Positions 30,906 to 41,585 are shown, counted from the first letter of the stretch. The stretch: DNA of 64,000 bases from Campylobacterota bacterium (GCA_051746405.1 JBNJFB010000001.1:1-64000); one strand, 5' to 3'. Translations and numbers: made by a program. The notes: generated from the letters alone by a model not told the origin.

Positions 30906-33341
30906 GTGTCTAAAGTTAAGTGTGACCATTGTCATTTAAGTTTTGATGATAGCATTATGATTAAGGAAGATAGTTTAAATTTTTGTTGTAAAGGTTGTCA
31001 GGGAGTTTATCATCTTCTAAAAGATGATGGATTAGATTCTTTTTATGATAAGTTGGGAAATAAGACAATAGCTCCACCTTTGAAAAGTGATAATGATGAT
31101 TTAGACAAATTTGATACAACTAGTTTTTATAACTCTTATGTAACTGTTTCAAATGAGGGTTTTAATGAGATTGATTTAATTATTGAAGGTATTCATTGTG
31201 CAGCTTGTGTATGGCTAAATGAAAAAGTGCTGTATGAAACCCAAGGTATTATTGAAGCTAATATAAACTTTACTACTAACAAAGCAAAAATTATATGGGA
31301 TGATGAGAAAATCAAATTATCAGATATTATTTTAAAAATCAGATCAATTGGTTATGATGCTTATGCTTATGATTCATCAATTGCAGATGAAAAAGCTACA
31401 CAAGCAAAGCGTGATTACTTTATTAGGATGATGGTTGCAGTTGTTGGAAGTATGAATATAATGATGTTAGGTGTTGCTAAATATACAGGTTTTTTCACAG
31501 GTATGAGCCAAGAAGTAAAATGGATGGTTCATTTAGGTGAGTTTTTACTAGCTACTCCTGTATTGCTTTACTCTGGATGGGTATTTTTTAAAGGTGCATA
31601 TTTTGGACTTAAAAACCGTGTTTTAAATATGGATTTTTTAGTGGCATCAGGTGCTACTTTGACATATATCTATTCACTATTTATTCTCTTTGGGGCTAAG
31701 GGTGAGAGTTATTTTGATTCTGTTGCTATGATTATTACCTTTGTTTTAGTTGGTAAATATCTAGAAGTTATAGGTAAAAAATCAGCTGTGGATACTTTGG
31801 ATAAAATCAAATCAACTCTTCCTTTGGAAGCTACTATAATCAAAGATAATAAAAAACAATCCGTACCTTTAACAAATATACAAATTGGAGATATAGTAGA
31901 ATTAAAAGCAGGGGATAAAGTGCCTGTTGATGGCAAGCTTTTAAATACTGAGGGCTCTTTTGATGAGTCTTCACTTACAGGGGAGTCTCTTCTTGTATAT
32001 AAAACAAAAGGCGATGAGGTATATAGTGGTACAATAAATACTGACAGTTTAGTGCAGTTAGAAGTTACAAAAGATTTTAAGAACTCAACTTTCTCTTCTA
32101 TTGTTACGTTATTAGAGGATTCATTAAACTCAAAACCAAATATTCAATCAAAAGCAAATGAGGTTTCAAAAGGCTTTACAGTTACTGTTTTAACCTTAGC
32201 AATATTAACTTTTATAGTTTGGTACTTCTTTGGGGTTGATTTAGGGTTTGATTATGAGGGAACTAATCACTTTGAGAAGTCATTTATTGTTGCTATTTCA
32301 GTTATCGTTATAGCTTGTCCTTGTGCTTTAGCCCTAGCAACTCCAATGGCAAGTTTAATAGGAATATCAAAGCTAACAAAAAAAGGTCTGCTTTTTAAGG
32401 AGGCTAAGTTTATAGAGTCATTGGCTTTGACAAATAGTGTGGTTTTTGACAAAACAGGAACTCTAACAAAGGGTGAGTTAAGCGTTGTTAATGCAAAGTT
32501 TTTAGATGAAAACGCTAATAGCATAAATCTTTTATACTCCCTTGTAGATACCTCGTCCCATCCAGTTAGTAAATCTATTAAAAACTATTTAAAACAGAGT
32601 TATAAATGTGAAACAAAAGATATAAATGAGGCTAAAAATATTCAAGCAAGGGGCGTAAAAGCTACCTATAAAGACTCATATAACAGTAAACATGAGCTCT
32701 TAGGTGGAAATATAGAGTTTATGAAAGAAAATGGTATAAAGTATGATTTTAAATCAAAAAAAACAAACTTTCTATTTGCTATAAATAAAATAGTTATTGC
32801 AACTTTTGAGCTTGAAGATGAGATAAAAGAAGATGCAAATGATTTAATAAACTATCTACACTCAAAAGATATTGAGGTTATTATGCTAACAGGTGATAAT
32901 GAAAATGTGGCAAAAACTGTATCCAAAAAGTTAAATATAAAGAGTTTTTATGCAAATCAAACCCCAAAAACCAAAGCAGATTTTATTAAAAACTTAAGAG
33001 GTGATAATAATATAGTTGTAATGGTAGGAGATGGTGTAAATGACTCTGTTGCCTTATCAAATGCAAGTGTAGCTGTTGCTATGGGTAATTCTGCTGATGT
33101 GTCCTTGCAAGTTTCAGATATAGTGATTTTAAACTCATCTTTAAAAGCTTTAAAAAGCTCATTTGAAATATCAAGTAGAACTTATAAGTTTATAAAGCAA
33201 AATTTAGGTATATCTTTGGTTTATAATATTGTTACTATACCATTTGCAATGCTTGGATATGTAATACCTTTAGTTGCAGCACTGTCAATGAGTTTAAGCT
33301 CACTAATTGTAGTATTAAACTCTTTTAGAATTAAAAAATAG
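30906..33341 (+). CDS. ccoI: Heavy-metal P1B-type ATPase, CcoI/FixI type
   Basis: CDHC/CCKGC N-terminal domain, HCAAC, CPCAL, DKTGT, GDGVND; followed by ccoS. Confidence 0.88.
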   Translation: MSKVKCDHCHLSFDDSIMIKEDSLNFCCKGCQGVYHLLKDDGLDSFYDKLGNKTIAPPLKSDNDDLDKFDTTSFYNSYVTVSNEGFNEIDLIIEGIHCAACVWLNEKVLYETQGIIEANINFTTNKAKIIWDDEKIKLSDIILKIRSIGYDAYAYDSSIADEKATQAKRDYFIRMMVAVVGSMNIMMLGVAKYTGFFTGMSQEVKWMVHLGEFLLATPVLLYSGWVFFKGAYFGLKNRVLNMDFLVASGATLTYIYSLFILFGAKGESYFDSVAMIITFVLVGKYLEVIGKKSAVDTLDKIKSTLPLEATIIKDNKKQSVPLTNIQIGDIVELKAGDKVPVDGKLLNTEGSFDESSLTGESLLVYKTKGDEVYSGTINTDSLVQLEVTKDFKNSTFSSIVTLLEDSLNSKPNIQSKANEVSKGFTVTVLTLAILTFIVWYFFGVDLGFDYEGTNHFEKSFIVAISVIVIACPCALALATPMASLIGISKLTKKGLLFKEAKFIESLALTNSVVFDKTGTLTKGELSVVNAKFLDENANSINLLYSLVDTSSHPVSKSIKNYLKQSYKCETKDINEAKNIQARGVKATYKDSYNSKHELLGGNIEFMKENGIKYDFKSKKTNFLFAINKIVIATFELEDEIKEDANDLINYLHSKDIEVIMLTGDNENVAKTVSKKLNIKSFYANQTPKTKADFIKNLRGDNNIVVMVGDGVNDSVALSNASVAVAMGNSADVSLQVSDIVILNSSLKALKSSFEISSRTYKFIKQNLGISLVYNIVTIPFAMLGYVIPLVAALSMSLSSLIVVLNSFRIKK

Positions 33342-33349
33342 GAAATGAA

Positions 33350-33598
33350 ATGATTAATGATACACTTTTTATGATGCTAATAGTTGGACTTATAATCTCT
33401 TTTGCATTATTGTTACTTTTTATTTGGGGTGCAAAAACAGGTCAGTTTGATGACTCTAATAAAATGGTTGATGGGTTGTTATTTGATAGTGAGGATGATT
33501 TAAATGATGCTATAAATAAAGAAAAAAAATCAAAAGATGCAAAAGAAGAGAAGTTAAAAAAAACAGAAGAGTTAAATAAGAATAAAAATGAAAGTTAG
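33350..33598 (+). CDS. ccoS: cbb3 oxidase maturation protein CcoS
   Basis: TM followed by WGAKTGQFDD. Confidence 0.88.
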   Translation: MINDTLFMMLIVGLIISFALLLLFIWGAKTGQFDDSNKMVDGLLFDSEDDLNDAINKEKKSKDAKEEKLKKTEELNKNKNES

Positions 33599-33616
33599 TC
33601 AAAAGACTAACTTTCA
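33589..33616. terminator. Terminator hairpin between the convergent ccoS and cytochrome c genes
   Basis: tgaaagttagtc-aaaa-gactaactttca. Confidence 0.7.
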
Positions 33617-33631
33617 AGGTTAGTATAAAAA

Positions 33632-33922
33632 CTACTTAAATGAAGCAATTTTTTTAGCTAAATCTTTAATGTCAGCATCAGAAAGTCTTACAACTTGACC
33701 TTTCATAACACCTTTCATAGCTCCACCATATGAACCATCTTTATAACCATTTAAAGCTTCAATTGTTTTAGCTTCATCCCAACCAGCGATTATTGCAGAT
33801 TTACCTAAAGCAGCTTTTTCACCATTTTGACCGTGACATGATGCACATGCACCCCATGATGCAGCTGATAATGATGCAGCAGTAACTGCAGCAAATATTG
33901 TACTTAATACAAGTTTTTTCAT
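33632..33922 (-). CDS. Periplasmic cytochrome c553
   Basis: Signal peptide, CASCH, GGAMKGVM axial-Met region. Confidence 0.92.
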   Translation of the reverse strand: MKKLVLSTIFAAVTAASLSAASWGACASCHGQNGEKAALGKSAIIAGWDEAKTIEALNGYKDGSYGGAMKGVMKGQVVRLSDADIKDLAKKIASFK

Positions 33923-34056
33923 TTTATCTCCTTAAATTAAAATAAACATTTTAGCTTTATTTTCTTTTTAGTAAGCTTAATATTTATTGTTATATTTTTT
34001 TATAAGTATAAGTGTTACCTATAATTGTATATTAATTGTGTATTAATTTTAAACTT

Positions 34057-35985
34057 TTAGTTTAAAGGGAGTTTTATAATAAAACTTGCACCTTTGTATT
34101 TTATAGATTCAAACTCATATGTACTATTTTGTGCTTCTATACTTCCTTTCATTCCCTCAATTATTTGTTTACTCATATGCAGTCCTACGCCTGTACCCTC
34201 ATCTTCTTTTTTTGTAGTAAAGTACGCTTCAAATATTCTATCTTTTATTTTTTCATCTATTCCACCTGCACTGTCTGTTACTTTTATAATAGCAAACTCA
34301 TCTTGTGTATATGTATCAATAAAAAGCAATCTTTTTTGTTCTTTTTCAAGTTTTATAAGTTCATCTTTTGCATTTTTGATTATATTTATAAGTACTTGTA
34401 GTAGTTCATTTGGGTATCCATATAGCTTTATATTCTCTATATTTTCAATAAGCAGTATGTCGTTATTTTTAAACTGTGAACTTATAAGCTTATTCGTTTT
34501 TTCAAAAGCCTCTTTTAAATAATACTCTTTTTTCTCTTTGTCAGGTTTAAAGAAGTTTCTAAAATCATCTATAGTAGTTGACAAATGTTTTATTGAGTTA
34601 TCAATATTTTTTATGGCTTCATTAAGTTGTTCTTTTGTGCTAAAATTATCATTCTCTTGATTTAGTTTTATTAGGCTATTTGACACAGAGATTAAGTTTA
34701 GTGGTTGTTTCCATTGATGGGCAATATTTCCTATCATCTCACCCATAGTTGCCATTTTTGATTGTTGAATTAAAAGCTTCTCTTTTTCATACACATTTTT
34801 TATCTCTGCTCTAACTTTTTGTTTGTATTTATCAAATATGCTTGCAACTATTTTAGAGATATAAAAAGATACTATTATCATAATTAGTGTTAATAGAATA
34901 CTTATATAGATAATCTTTTCAATAGTTTTATTAGTGGAGACTTTTAGAGCATCTTTTCTTTTTTCTAGTGTAGTGTAAAGCTTTTCAAGATAAAAACCAC
35001 TACCTATCATCCAGTTTAAATCATCTACTAGCCTTACATAAGATATTTTGTCATTTGTTTTATTGTTTTTATTTAAGATTACACTTCCTTGGTATCTAAC
35101 AAAACCCTCTTTATTATTTTTTGTATAGTTTATTAAATCTTTTAGTACATATACTCCATTTTTATTTTGTGAGTTATATCTGTTTTGACCTATTAACTCC
35201 TCTTTTGGATTTGCTAGGCATAAACCATCTAAAGTATAAATAAATAGATGTTCAGGAGCTTGTAGATTTAAACTATTTATTTTTTTTAATATCTTATCTT
35301 TTAATATTCTTTCATACTCTTCTATATAATCACCTGTGCCTATAAATAAATCAAAGGGTTCAAATTTTTTAAAAAATCCTATTTTCTTATACTCTTTTTC
35401 ACTATTTTTATCTTTTCTCCAATACCATTCATAGAAAGCTTCATCTTTTTTACTTAATAATCTATTCATATCTTGAAGTATTGATACTCCCCTTTTATCT
35501 TCGTGGTTCCATAGATTTTTACCCTCAATACTTGGAAACTGTGAGTTTAAAATATTTTTGCCATTTAGTTCATACATAAAAATATATCCTAAGTCATTAT
35601 TGAATCTTATTGTTCTTAGAGTATTTTTTATCTCTTTTATAGTTTGGGCTTTTGAGTAATTGGGTTTTTTGATATTTCTTTTATAGATAGCTGTGGCAAT
35701 TGAGTGTGCTTGATAAACTTCTTGTTTGATATCATTTTTTAACTCATTAAACTCGATTTTCTTTTCGATTTCAATAAAGTTGTAGACTTTATTTACTAGA
35801 CTTTCGACCATTTTTTTGTTGTGGTTTATGTAGTTTTTCTCAATTGCGATTGCTTCTTTTTTTAACTCTTCTTTTTTTTGATTAATAAGTGTATAAGATA
35901 TTATAGATGAGAATAGTATTATTACAAAAATTACTCCATACTTAATGATAGTTACTATTTTTCTTTCACTATGAAGTAATTTCAT
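34057..35985 (-). CDS. Orphan double-Cache sensor histidine kinase
   Basis: Two Cache repeats; AHQWKQPL H-box, NAKD, GTGVGL. Confidence 0.9.
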   Translation of the reverse strand: MKLLHSERKIVTIIKYGVIFVIILFSSIISYTLINQKKEELKKEAIAIEKNYINHNKKMVESLVNKVYNFIEIEKKIEFNELKNDIKQEVYQAHSIATAIYKRNIKKPNYSKAQTIKEIKNTLRTIRFNNDLGYIFMYELNGKNILNSQFPSIEGKNLWNHEDKRGVSILQDMNRLLSKKDEAFYEWYWRKDKNSEKEYKKIGFFKKFEPFDLFIGTGDYIEEYERILKDKILKKINSLNLQAPEHLFIYTLDGLCLANPKEELIGQNRYNSQNKNGVYVLKDLINYTKNNKEGFVRYQGSVILNKNNKTNDKISYVRLVDDLNWMIGSGFYLEKLYTTLEKRKDALKVSTNKTIEKIIYISILLTLIMIIVSFYISKIVASIFDKYKQKVRAEIKNVYEKEKLLIQQSKMATMGEMIGNIAHQWKQPLNLISVSNSLIKLNQENDNFSTKEQLNEAIKNIDNSIKHLSTTIDDFRNFFKPDKEKKEYYLKEAFEKTNKLISSQFKNNDILLIENIENIKLYGYPNELLQVLINIIKNAKDELIKLEKEQKRLLFIDTYTQDEFAIIKVTDSAGGIDEKIKDRIFEAYFTTKKEDEGTGVGLHMSKQIIEGMKGSIEAQNSTYEFESIKYKGASFIIKLPLN

Positions 35986-36162
35986 TTTAAATTCCTTTTA
36001 TAATATATATATTAATAATAACACTTTTTTTATTACTTTACAATATATTTCATTAAAGTTTTAAATTTAGCTATATTTGATTAGTAAAACAGTAGAATTA
36101 CTTGTATTAGTTACTTTATATTTAAGTTGATTTGAAGTAGTGTATTATTAATAGGGATAATT

Positions 36163-36768
36163 GTGGAAAATAGCCAAGTAGTATTAAAAATCAAGAACCT
36201 TAACTTTTCATATGATAAGAGAGATTATCTTTTTGAAAACTTCTCTTTGGAGTTAAAAAAAGGTGAGTTATTCTCAATTTTTGGAAAAAGTGGTATAGGA
36301 AAAAGTACTCTTTTTGAACTTATTACAAATAACCTAAAACCAATAAAGGGTACTATTGAAGCTAAAAAATATAGTATGATTTTTCAAGACCCTTATACCT
36401 CTTTTCATCCTAGTTTTACTATAATTGAACAAATTAGTGATACGGTTAGTTATGATTTTTTAAATGATTTAGAAAAATATATAAAAGAGTTAAGCTTAGA
36501 TAAGAAACAACTTGAAAAAAAGCCCCATGAGTTAAGTGGAGGGCAACTTCAAAGATGTTCCATATTAAGAGCTTTGTTAATGAAACCACAACTATTACTA
36601 GTAGATGAACCAACATCAGCACTTGATAATATTATTGCCTATGATGTGATGAAGTTACTAATAAAATACTTAGATTCATGTGCAATTCTATTAATAACAC
36701 ATGATATAGATTTAGCTACATGGTGTAGCGACAAAATTATAAGATTGGAAGACGATGCAAAAAACTAA
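36163..36768 (+). CDS. ABC ATP-binding protein (no adjacent permease)
   Basis: GKSGIGKS, FQDP, LSGGQLQR, DEPT. Confidence 0.88.
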   Translation: MENSQVVLKIKNLNFSYDKRDYLFENFSLELKKGELFSIFGKSGIGKSTLFELITNNLKPIKGTIEAKKYSMIFQDPYTSFHPSFTIIEQISDTVSYDFLNDLEKYIKELSLDKKQLEKKPHELSGGQLQRCSILRALLMKPQLLLVDEPTSALDNIIAYDVMKLLIKYLDSCAILLITHDIDLATWCSDKIIRLEDDAKN

Positions 36769-37690
36769 TAAAGCCTTAGTTCTACTAAATATGGGTGGAG
36801 CTAGAAATAAAGAAGAACTGAACCTTTTTTTAAAAAATATGTTTAATGATAAAAATATCATAGCAGCCCCAAAGCTAATAAGAAAAATGATTGCATTTTT
36901 TATTAGGACATCAAGACTTAATAGTGCTTGGGAAAACTATGAGAAAATTGGTGGGTTTTCACCCTTAAATCCTTTGACACAAAAACTTGTTGAAAAAGTA
37001 AATGAGCAAATAGATGAGTATAAAACCTATCAGGTTATGAGATATACTCCTCCTTTCTCATATGAAGTAATACAACAGATGAAAAAAGATGGGATTGAAG
37101 AAGTGGTGCTACTTCCTTTATATCCACAATTTTCAACAACTACTACTAAATCATCTGTTGAAGATTTTAAAGAGAATGCAAAAGATTTATTTAAAATAAA
37201 AACAGTTGGTACTTTTTATAAAAATGAGAAGTTTAATAACTGTATTATTGAAGAGATAAAGCAAAAAGCAAAAAATAGTGCAAATGATTTAAATCTAGTA
37301 TTTTCAGCCCATGGTTTACCTCAAAAAATTGTAGATAAAGGTGACCCTTATGAAAAGCAAATGAAAAAACATGTAAAGATTTTATCTGATATGCTTGAAA
37401 AAGAGGGTTATAATTTTAAATCTATAAATTTAGCTTATCAATCAAAAGTAGGTCCAATGAAGTGGTTAGAACCATCTTTGGATGATATGCTTAAAAACTT
37501 TAAGGATGAAAAGGTGATTATTTATCCAATAGCATTTACTGTTGATAACTCAGAGACAAATTTTGAACTTGATATTGAGTATAGAGAAATTGCCCAAGAG
37601 ATTGGCGTAAAAGAGTTAAGAGTTTGTAAATGTGTAAATGATAGTGATATGTTTATAGATGCAATTAAGGATATAATTAAGAAAAAATAA
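36755..37690 (+). CDS. hemH: Ferrochelatase
   Basis: LLNMGG, PLYPQFS, FSAHGLP, GDPY, YQSKVGP.KWL.P, DNSET. Confidence 0.95.
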   Translation: MQKTNKALVLLNMGGARNKEELNLFLKNMFNDKNIIAAPKLIRKMIAFFIRTSRLNSAWENYEKIGGFSPLNPLTQKLVEKVNEQIDEYKTYQVMRYTPPFSYEVIQQMKKDGIEEVVLLPLYPQFSTTTTKSSVEDFKENAKDLFKIKTVGTFYKNEKFNNCIIEEIKQKAKNSANDLNLVFSAHGLPQKIVDKGDPYEKQMKKHVKILSDMLEKEGYNFKSINLAYQSKVGPMKWLEPSLDDMLKNFKDEKVIIYPIAFTVDNSETNFELDIEYREIAQEIGVKELRVCKCVNDSDMFIDAIKDIIKKK

Positions 37691-37699
37691 GGAGTTTCT

Positions 37700-38254
37700 A
37701 TGGAAATTAGTGTAGAGCAAGTACTTTTAGAAGTTGCAAGAAACAGTATATTAAGTGAGTTTGAGAACTCTTTTTCTATAAATAAAGAGATGTTATTAGA
37801 AAAGTTTCCTATACTAAAAGAGCAAAGGGCTTGTTTTGTTACGCTAAATTCAAATGGCAAACTAAGGGGGTGTATAGGTTCATTAGTTGCCCATAAAAAT
37901 CTTTTGGATGATGTGATTTCAAATGCTTACAATGCAGCCTTTAGTGATATGAGATTTAATAGACTAACACCTTTGGAGTTTAAAAATATAGATATTGAAA
38001 TATCTGTTTTAACTCCTGCTGTTAAGCTACCTTATGAGAGTGAAAGTGACTTAAGAGAGAAGATAACACCCAATGAACATGGAGTTATTTTAGAGCTTGA
38101 TGGTAAAAGAGCAACCTTCTTACCTCAAGTTTGGGAACAACTCCCAACCTTTGATGAGTTTTTTACACAGCTTTCAAAAAAAGCTGGATTTAGCAAAAAC
38201 TGCATAGAAAACAAACCAACAATTTATACATACACAGCAATAAAGATAAAGTAA
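37700..38254 (+). CDS. amrA: AmmeMemoRadiSam protein A (AMMECR1 family)
   Basis: ACFVTL...LRGCIG, AAFSDMRF, EISVL, ATFLPQVW. Confidence 0.92.
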   Translation: MEISVEQVLLEVARNSILSEFENSFSINKEMLLEKFPILKEQRACFVTLNSNGKLRGCIGSLVAHKNLLDDVISNAYNAAFSDMRFNRLTPLEFKNIDIEISVLTPAVKLPYESESDLREKITPNEHGVILELDGKRATFLPQVWEQLPTFDEFFTQLSKKAGFSKNCIENKPTIYTYTAIKIK

Positions 38255-40029
38255 TGAATTTTTATAAAAAGCAAAATGACAGGTTAGTTTGCCAATTATG
38301 CTCTTATTATTGTAAATTAAAAGAGGGTCAAACAGGTATTTGTGGAGTAAACAAAAACACAGGTGAGAAAATAGAGTGTTTGGTTTATGGTTATTTAGCA
38401 GCTATGAATATTGACCCAATTGAGAAAAAACCTTTATATCATGTATTGCCTAAATCAAAATCTTTTAGTATAGGAACAGTTGGCTGTAACTTTAGATGTT
38501 CCTTTTGTCAAAATCATGGGATTTCACAAGAGCATAATATAGATAAATCAGCCTACTATAGCCCTAAAGATATAGTGAAAATGGCAAGGCACTATAAGTG
38601 TGAAACTATCTCTTATACCTATAATGAACCTACTATTTTTTATCCTTATGCAAAAGATTGTGCAATTGAAGCTAAAAAGTACGGTATAAAAAATGTATAT
38701 GTATCAAATGGTTTTGAAAGCAGTGAAGTTATTGATGATATGAAAGGCCTTATTGATGCTGTGAATATTGATTTTAAATGTTTTAGTGAGAAGTATTATA
38801 AAAAGAGTTTAGGTGGAAGTTTAAAGCAGGTTTTAGAAAATCTAAAGCATTTTAAGAGAAATGGAATTTGGGTAGAGGTAACTACACTAATAGTCCCAAC
38901 AAAAAATGACTCAAAAGAGGAGTTAACAAAAATAGCTAAGTTTATAAAAGAAGAGCTTGATGAGTTTACACCTTGGCATGTGTCAGCTTTCCATCCAGAT
39001 TATAAAGAGATGGATTTGCCAAATACTTCTTTTGAGTCTTTAAAATTAGCAAATGATATAGCAAAGGAAGTGGGACTAAAGTATGCATATATAGGAAATA
39101 TATCTTTTGACAATGATACTAAATGTCCAAAATGTGATGAGGTTGTTTTAAAAAGAAATAGATTTGAAGTACTAGAAAATAGAGTTATAAATGGAAAATG
39201 TCCAAAATGTGATTATGAGATACAAGGAGTTTTTTCAAAGATGAAAAGTGTTAGAAAAACAGGATTTAGTGGTAGATTTTACCCTGAGAATAAAGAAGAG
39301 ATTTTAAGCTATATTGAAAAGTTTAATAAAAACTTTCAGGTAAATGGAACATTTGATACTAAAGCTATGATAGTTCCTCACGCAGGGTATGTATTTAGTG
39401 GGTTTACTGCAAATATTGCTTATAATATTTCAAAAGATAAAAAGCCAAAAAGAGTAATAGTAATAGGACCAAGTCATAATGTATATTATGAAAAAGCAAG
39501 TGTAGCTTTATATGATGAGTATGAAACACCTTTTGGTAATATACAAATTGATAAAGAGTATTCAAAAAGTTTGATTGATAAATATGAGATTTTAGATTTT
39601 AATGAAGAGTTACACTTAGAACACTCTACAGAAACCCAAGCACCTTTTACAAAACACTATTTTCCAGATGCTTCAATAGTTGAAATAGTTTATGGAAAAG
39701 TTGATTATAAAGAGTTATCAAAAGTAATTGATGAGTTTTTAGAGGATGAAAATAATCTTATTTTAATCTCCACTGATTTAAGTCACTTTCACAATCAAGA
39801 AACAGCAAATAAACTAGATAATATCTGTTTAAATGCAATTGATAAAAAAGATATGAGTCTATTTGATAAAGGCTGTGAGGCTTGTGGAAAGATAGGTGTA
39901 AAAGCAGTAATTAACTCTGCAATTAAAAAAGAGCTAGATACAAAAGTATTACACTACTGTACTTCATACGATAGAACAAAAGACGCATCTAGAGTTGTAG
40001 GATATACCTCTGCACTGATAGGAAAGTAG
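38254..40029 (+). CDS. amrS: Fused AmmeMemoRadiSam radical SAM enzyme (AmrS) + MEMO1-family protein B (AmrB)
   Basis: DPIEKKPL, CNFRCSFC, TYNEP, FHPDY; then GRFYP, PHAGY.FSG, GPSH, EHS.E, STDLSH, ACG, VVGY. Confidence 0.92.
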   Translation: MNFYKKQNDRLVCQLCSYYCKLKEGQTGICGVNKNTGEKIECLVYGYLAAMNIDPIEKKPLYHVLPKSKSFSIGTVGCNFRCSFCQNHGISQEHNIDKSAYYSPKDIVKMARHYKCETISYTYNEPTIFYPYAKDCAIEAKKYGIKNVYVSNGFESSEVIDDMKGLIDAVNIDFKCFSEKYYKKSLGGSLKQVLENLKHFKRNGIWVEVTTLIVPTKNDSKEELTKIAKFIKEELDEFTPWHVSAFHPDYKEMDLPNTSFESLKLANDIAKEVGLKYAYIGNISFDNDTKCPKCDEVVLKRNRFEVLENRVINGKCPKCDYEIQGVFSKMKSVRKTGFSGRFYPENKEEILSYIEKFNKNFQVNGTFDTKAMIVPHAGYVFSGFTANIAYNISKDKKPKRVIVIGPSHNVYYEKASVALYDEYETPFGNIQIDKEYSKSLIDKYEILDFNEELHLEHSTETQAPFTKHYFPDASIVEIVYGKVDYKELSKVIDEFLEDENNLILISTDLSHFHNQETANKLDNICLNAIDKKDMSLFDKGCEACGKIGVKAVINSAIKKELDTKVLHYCTSYDRTKDASRVVGYTSALIGK

Positions 40030-40773
40030 ATGTTTTTACTTAAAAAGTTTGTATCTGCATTTTTACTACCCTTGCCAATTGGACTTTTTTTATTTGCTTT
40101 GGGGGTTTACCTGCTTTTTAAAAACTCATACACAAAAGCAAAAATTGTTCTATTTTTTTGTATATCTTGGTTTACTCTTCTTTCATATTCACCAATTGCA
40201 AATGCTATAATTGCACCTTTGGAGAACTCACATAAAGCACTACTTCAAACGCCGAAGGTTGAGTATGTACTTGTTTTAGGAAATGGACACATATCAAATG
40301 AAAATCTAAGTATTACTTCTCAGTTAAATCAAACAGCTATAAATAGATTAACAGAGGGAATCAAGCATTTTAAAAGATTAGAAAATGCAAAGCTTGTAGT
40401 ATCAGGGTATAAAGGGTTTGATAAAAATTCCCACGCTTTTATGCAGCAGTTATTAGCAAAATCATTGGGAATAAAGCAAGAAAATATAGTAAGGTTTGAT
40501 ACCCCAAGGGATACAAAAGAAGAAGCAATAGCTATGAAAAAGCTTTTGGAAGACAAAAGATTTATCTTAGTTACAAGTGCTTCACATATGAAAAGAGCAA
40601 TGCTAATTTTTGAAAAAATGGGATTAAATCCAATTGCTGCACCAACTAATCATATGAGTTTGGAAAGTAAAGGATTAAGTAGTTATATCTCAGCTACAAA
40701 TCTAAGAAAAGTTGAACTTGCGTTTCATGAGTATTTGGGTATTTTATGGGGAAAAATAAACGGATTTATTTAA
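40030..40773 (+). CDS. ElyC/YdcF (DUF218) family protein
   Basis: VLGNG, RLTEG, DTKEEA, LVTSASHMKRA, HEYLG. Confidence 0.88.
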   Translation: MFLLKKFVSAFLLPLPIGLFLFALGVYLLFKNSYTKAKIVLFFCISWFTLLSYSPIANAIIAPLENSHKALLQTPKVEYVLVLGNGHISNENLSITSQLNQTAINRLTEGIKHFKRLENAKLVVSGYKGFDKNSHAFMQQLLAKSLGIKQENIVRFDTPRDTKEEAIAMKKLLEDKRFILVTSASHMKRAMLIFEKMGLNPIAAPTNHMSLESKGLSSYISATNLRKVELAFHEYLGILWGKINGFI

Positions 40774-40804
40774 TTTAAATAGATTAAAGTTTTTAAGTGT
40801 TATA

Positions 40805-40823
40805 ATTGCAACCTGGTTGCAAT
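40805..40823. promoter_or_regulatory. Perfect 9-1-9 palindrome between the -10 and the RBS of znuC, probable Zur/Fur-family operator
   Basis: ATTGCAACC-T-GGTTGCAAT overlapping TATAAT (40801-40806), followed by AGGAG. Confidence 0.7.
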
Positions 40824-40832
40824 AGGAGTAAA

Positions 40833-41585
40833 ATGAAAATAATAGAAATAAAAAATTTATCATACAAATATAGTACAAGTCCAAAAGTTTTAGAAGATAT
40901 AAACTTAGAGATAAATAGTGAAGATTTCCTTGCTATTATTGGACCAAATGGTGGTGGAAAATCAACCTTACTAAAACTTATTTTAGGGTTATTGAAAAAT
41001 CAAGAAGGAACTATAAATAAATATATTAAAGATGATGAAATAGGGTATGTACCACAAAATACAAATCTAAATACATCTTTCCCTATAACTGCACTAGAAG
41101 TTGTACTAATGGGACATATTGGCAGTAAAAAAAAGCTTTTTGGACATTCAAAGGAGGATATTAGATGTGCTAAAAACTCTTTAAAGCAAGTTGGAATGGA
41201 AGGTTTTGAAAATAGAAAAATCGGTAATTTAAGTGGAGGACAAAGACAAAGAGTTTTTATAGCAAGAGCTTTATGTGCAAATCCCAAGGTTATACTACTA
41301 GATGAACCAACTGCAAGTATTGATGTAAAAGGTCAAAATGAGATATATGAACTATTAAAAGATTTAAACAAATATATATGTATAGTTGTGGTAAGCCATG
41401 ATATTTCAGTACTTTTAAACTATGCAAGAAAAGTAGCCCATGTGAATAAAAATCTAAAATACCACTCTTTAGAAGAGATTCAAGGAGATATTAAAACTAC
41501 AGATGAACACTTATGTGAAGTTGAGCTTTTAAATGCACTTGGAAAGACAAGAGTCTGTTGTGATACAAAAGAAGGTGACAAGTAG
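40833..41585 (+). CDS. znuC: Zn/Mn ABC transporter ATPase (start moved to ATG 40833)
   Basis: GPNGGGKS, GYVPQ, FPITALEVV, LSGGQRQR; His/Cys-rich tail. Confidence 0.85.
   Translation: MKIIEIKNLSYKYSTSPKVLEDINLEINSEDFLAIIGPNGGGKSTLLKLILGLLKNQEGTINKYIKDDEIGYVPQNTNLNTSFPITALEVVLMGHIGSKKKLFGHSKEDIRCAKNSLKQVGMEGFENRKIGNLSGGQRQRVFIARALCANPKVILLDEPTASIDVKGQNEIYELLKDLNKYICIVVVSHDISVLLNYARKVAHVNKNLKYHSLEEIQGDIKTTDEHLCEVELLNALGKTRVCCDTKEGDK

Noticed and set aside
40806..40832. TTG start for znuC (and the extended starts called for mqo, tpx, valS and the RHH-like gene)
   Set aside because: Downstream ATGs have proper SD sequences; the znuC extension runs through the operator palindrome.
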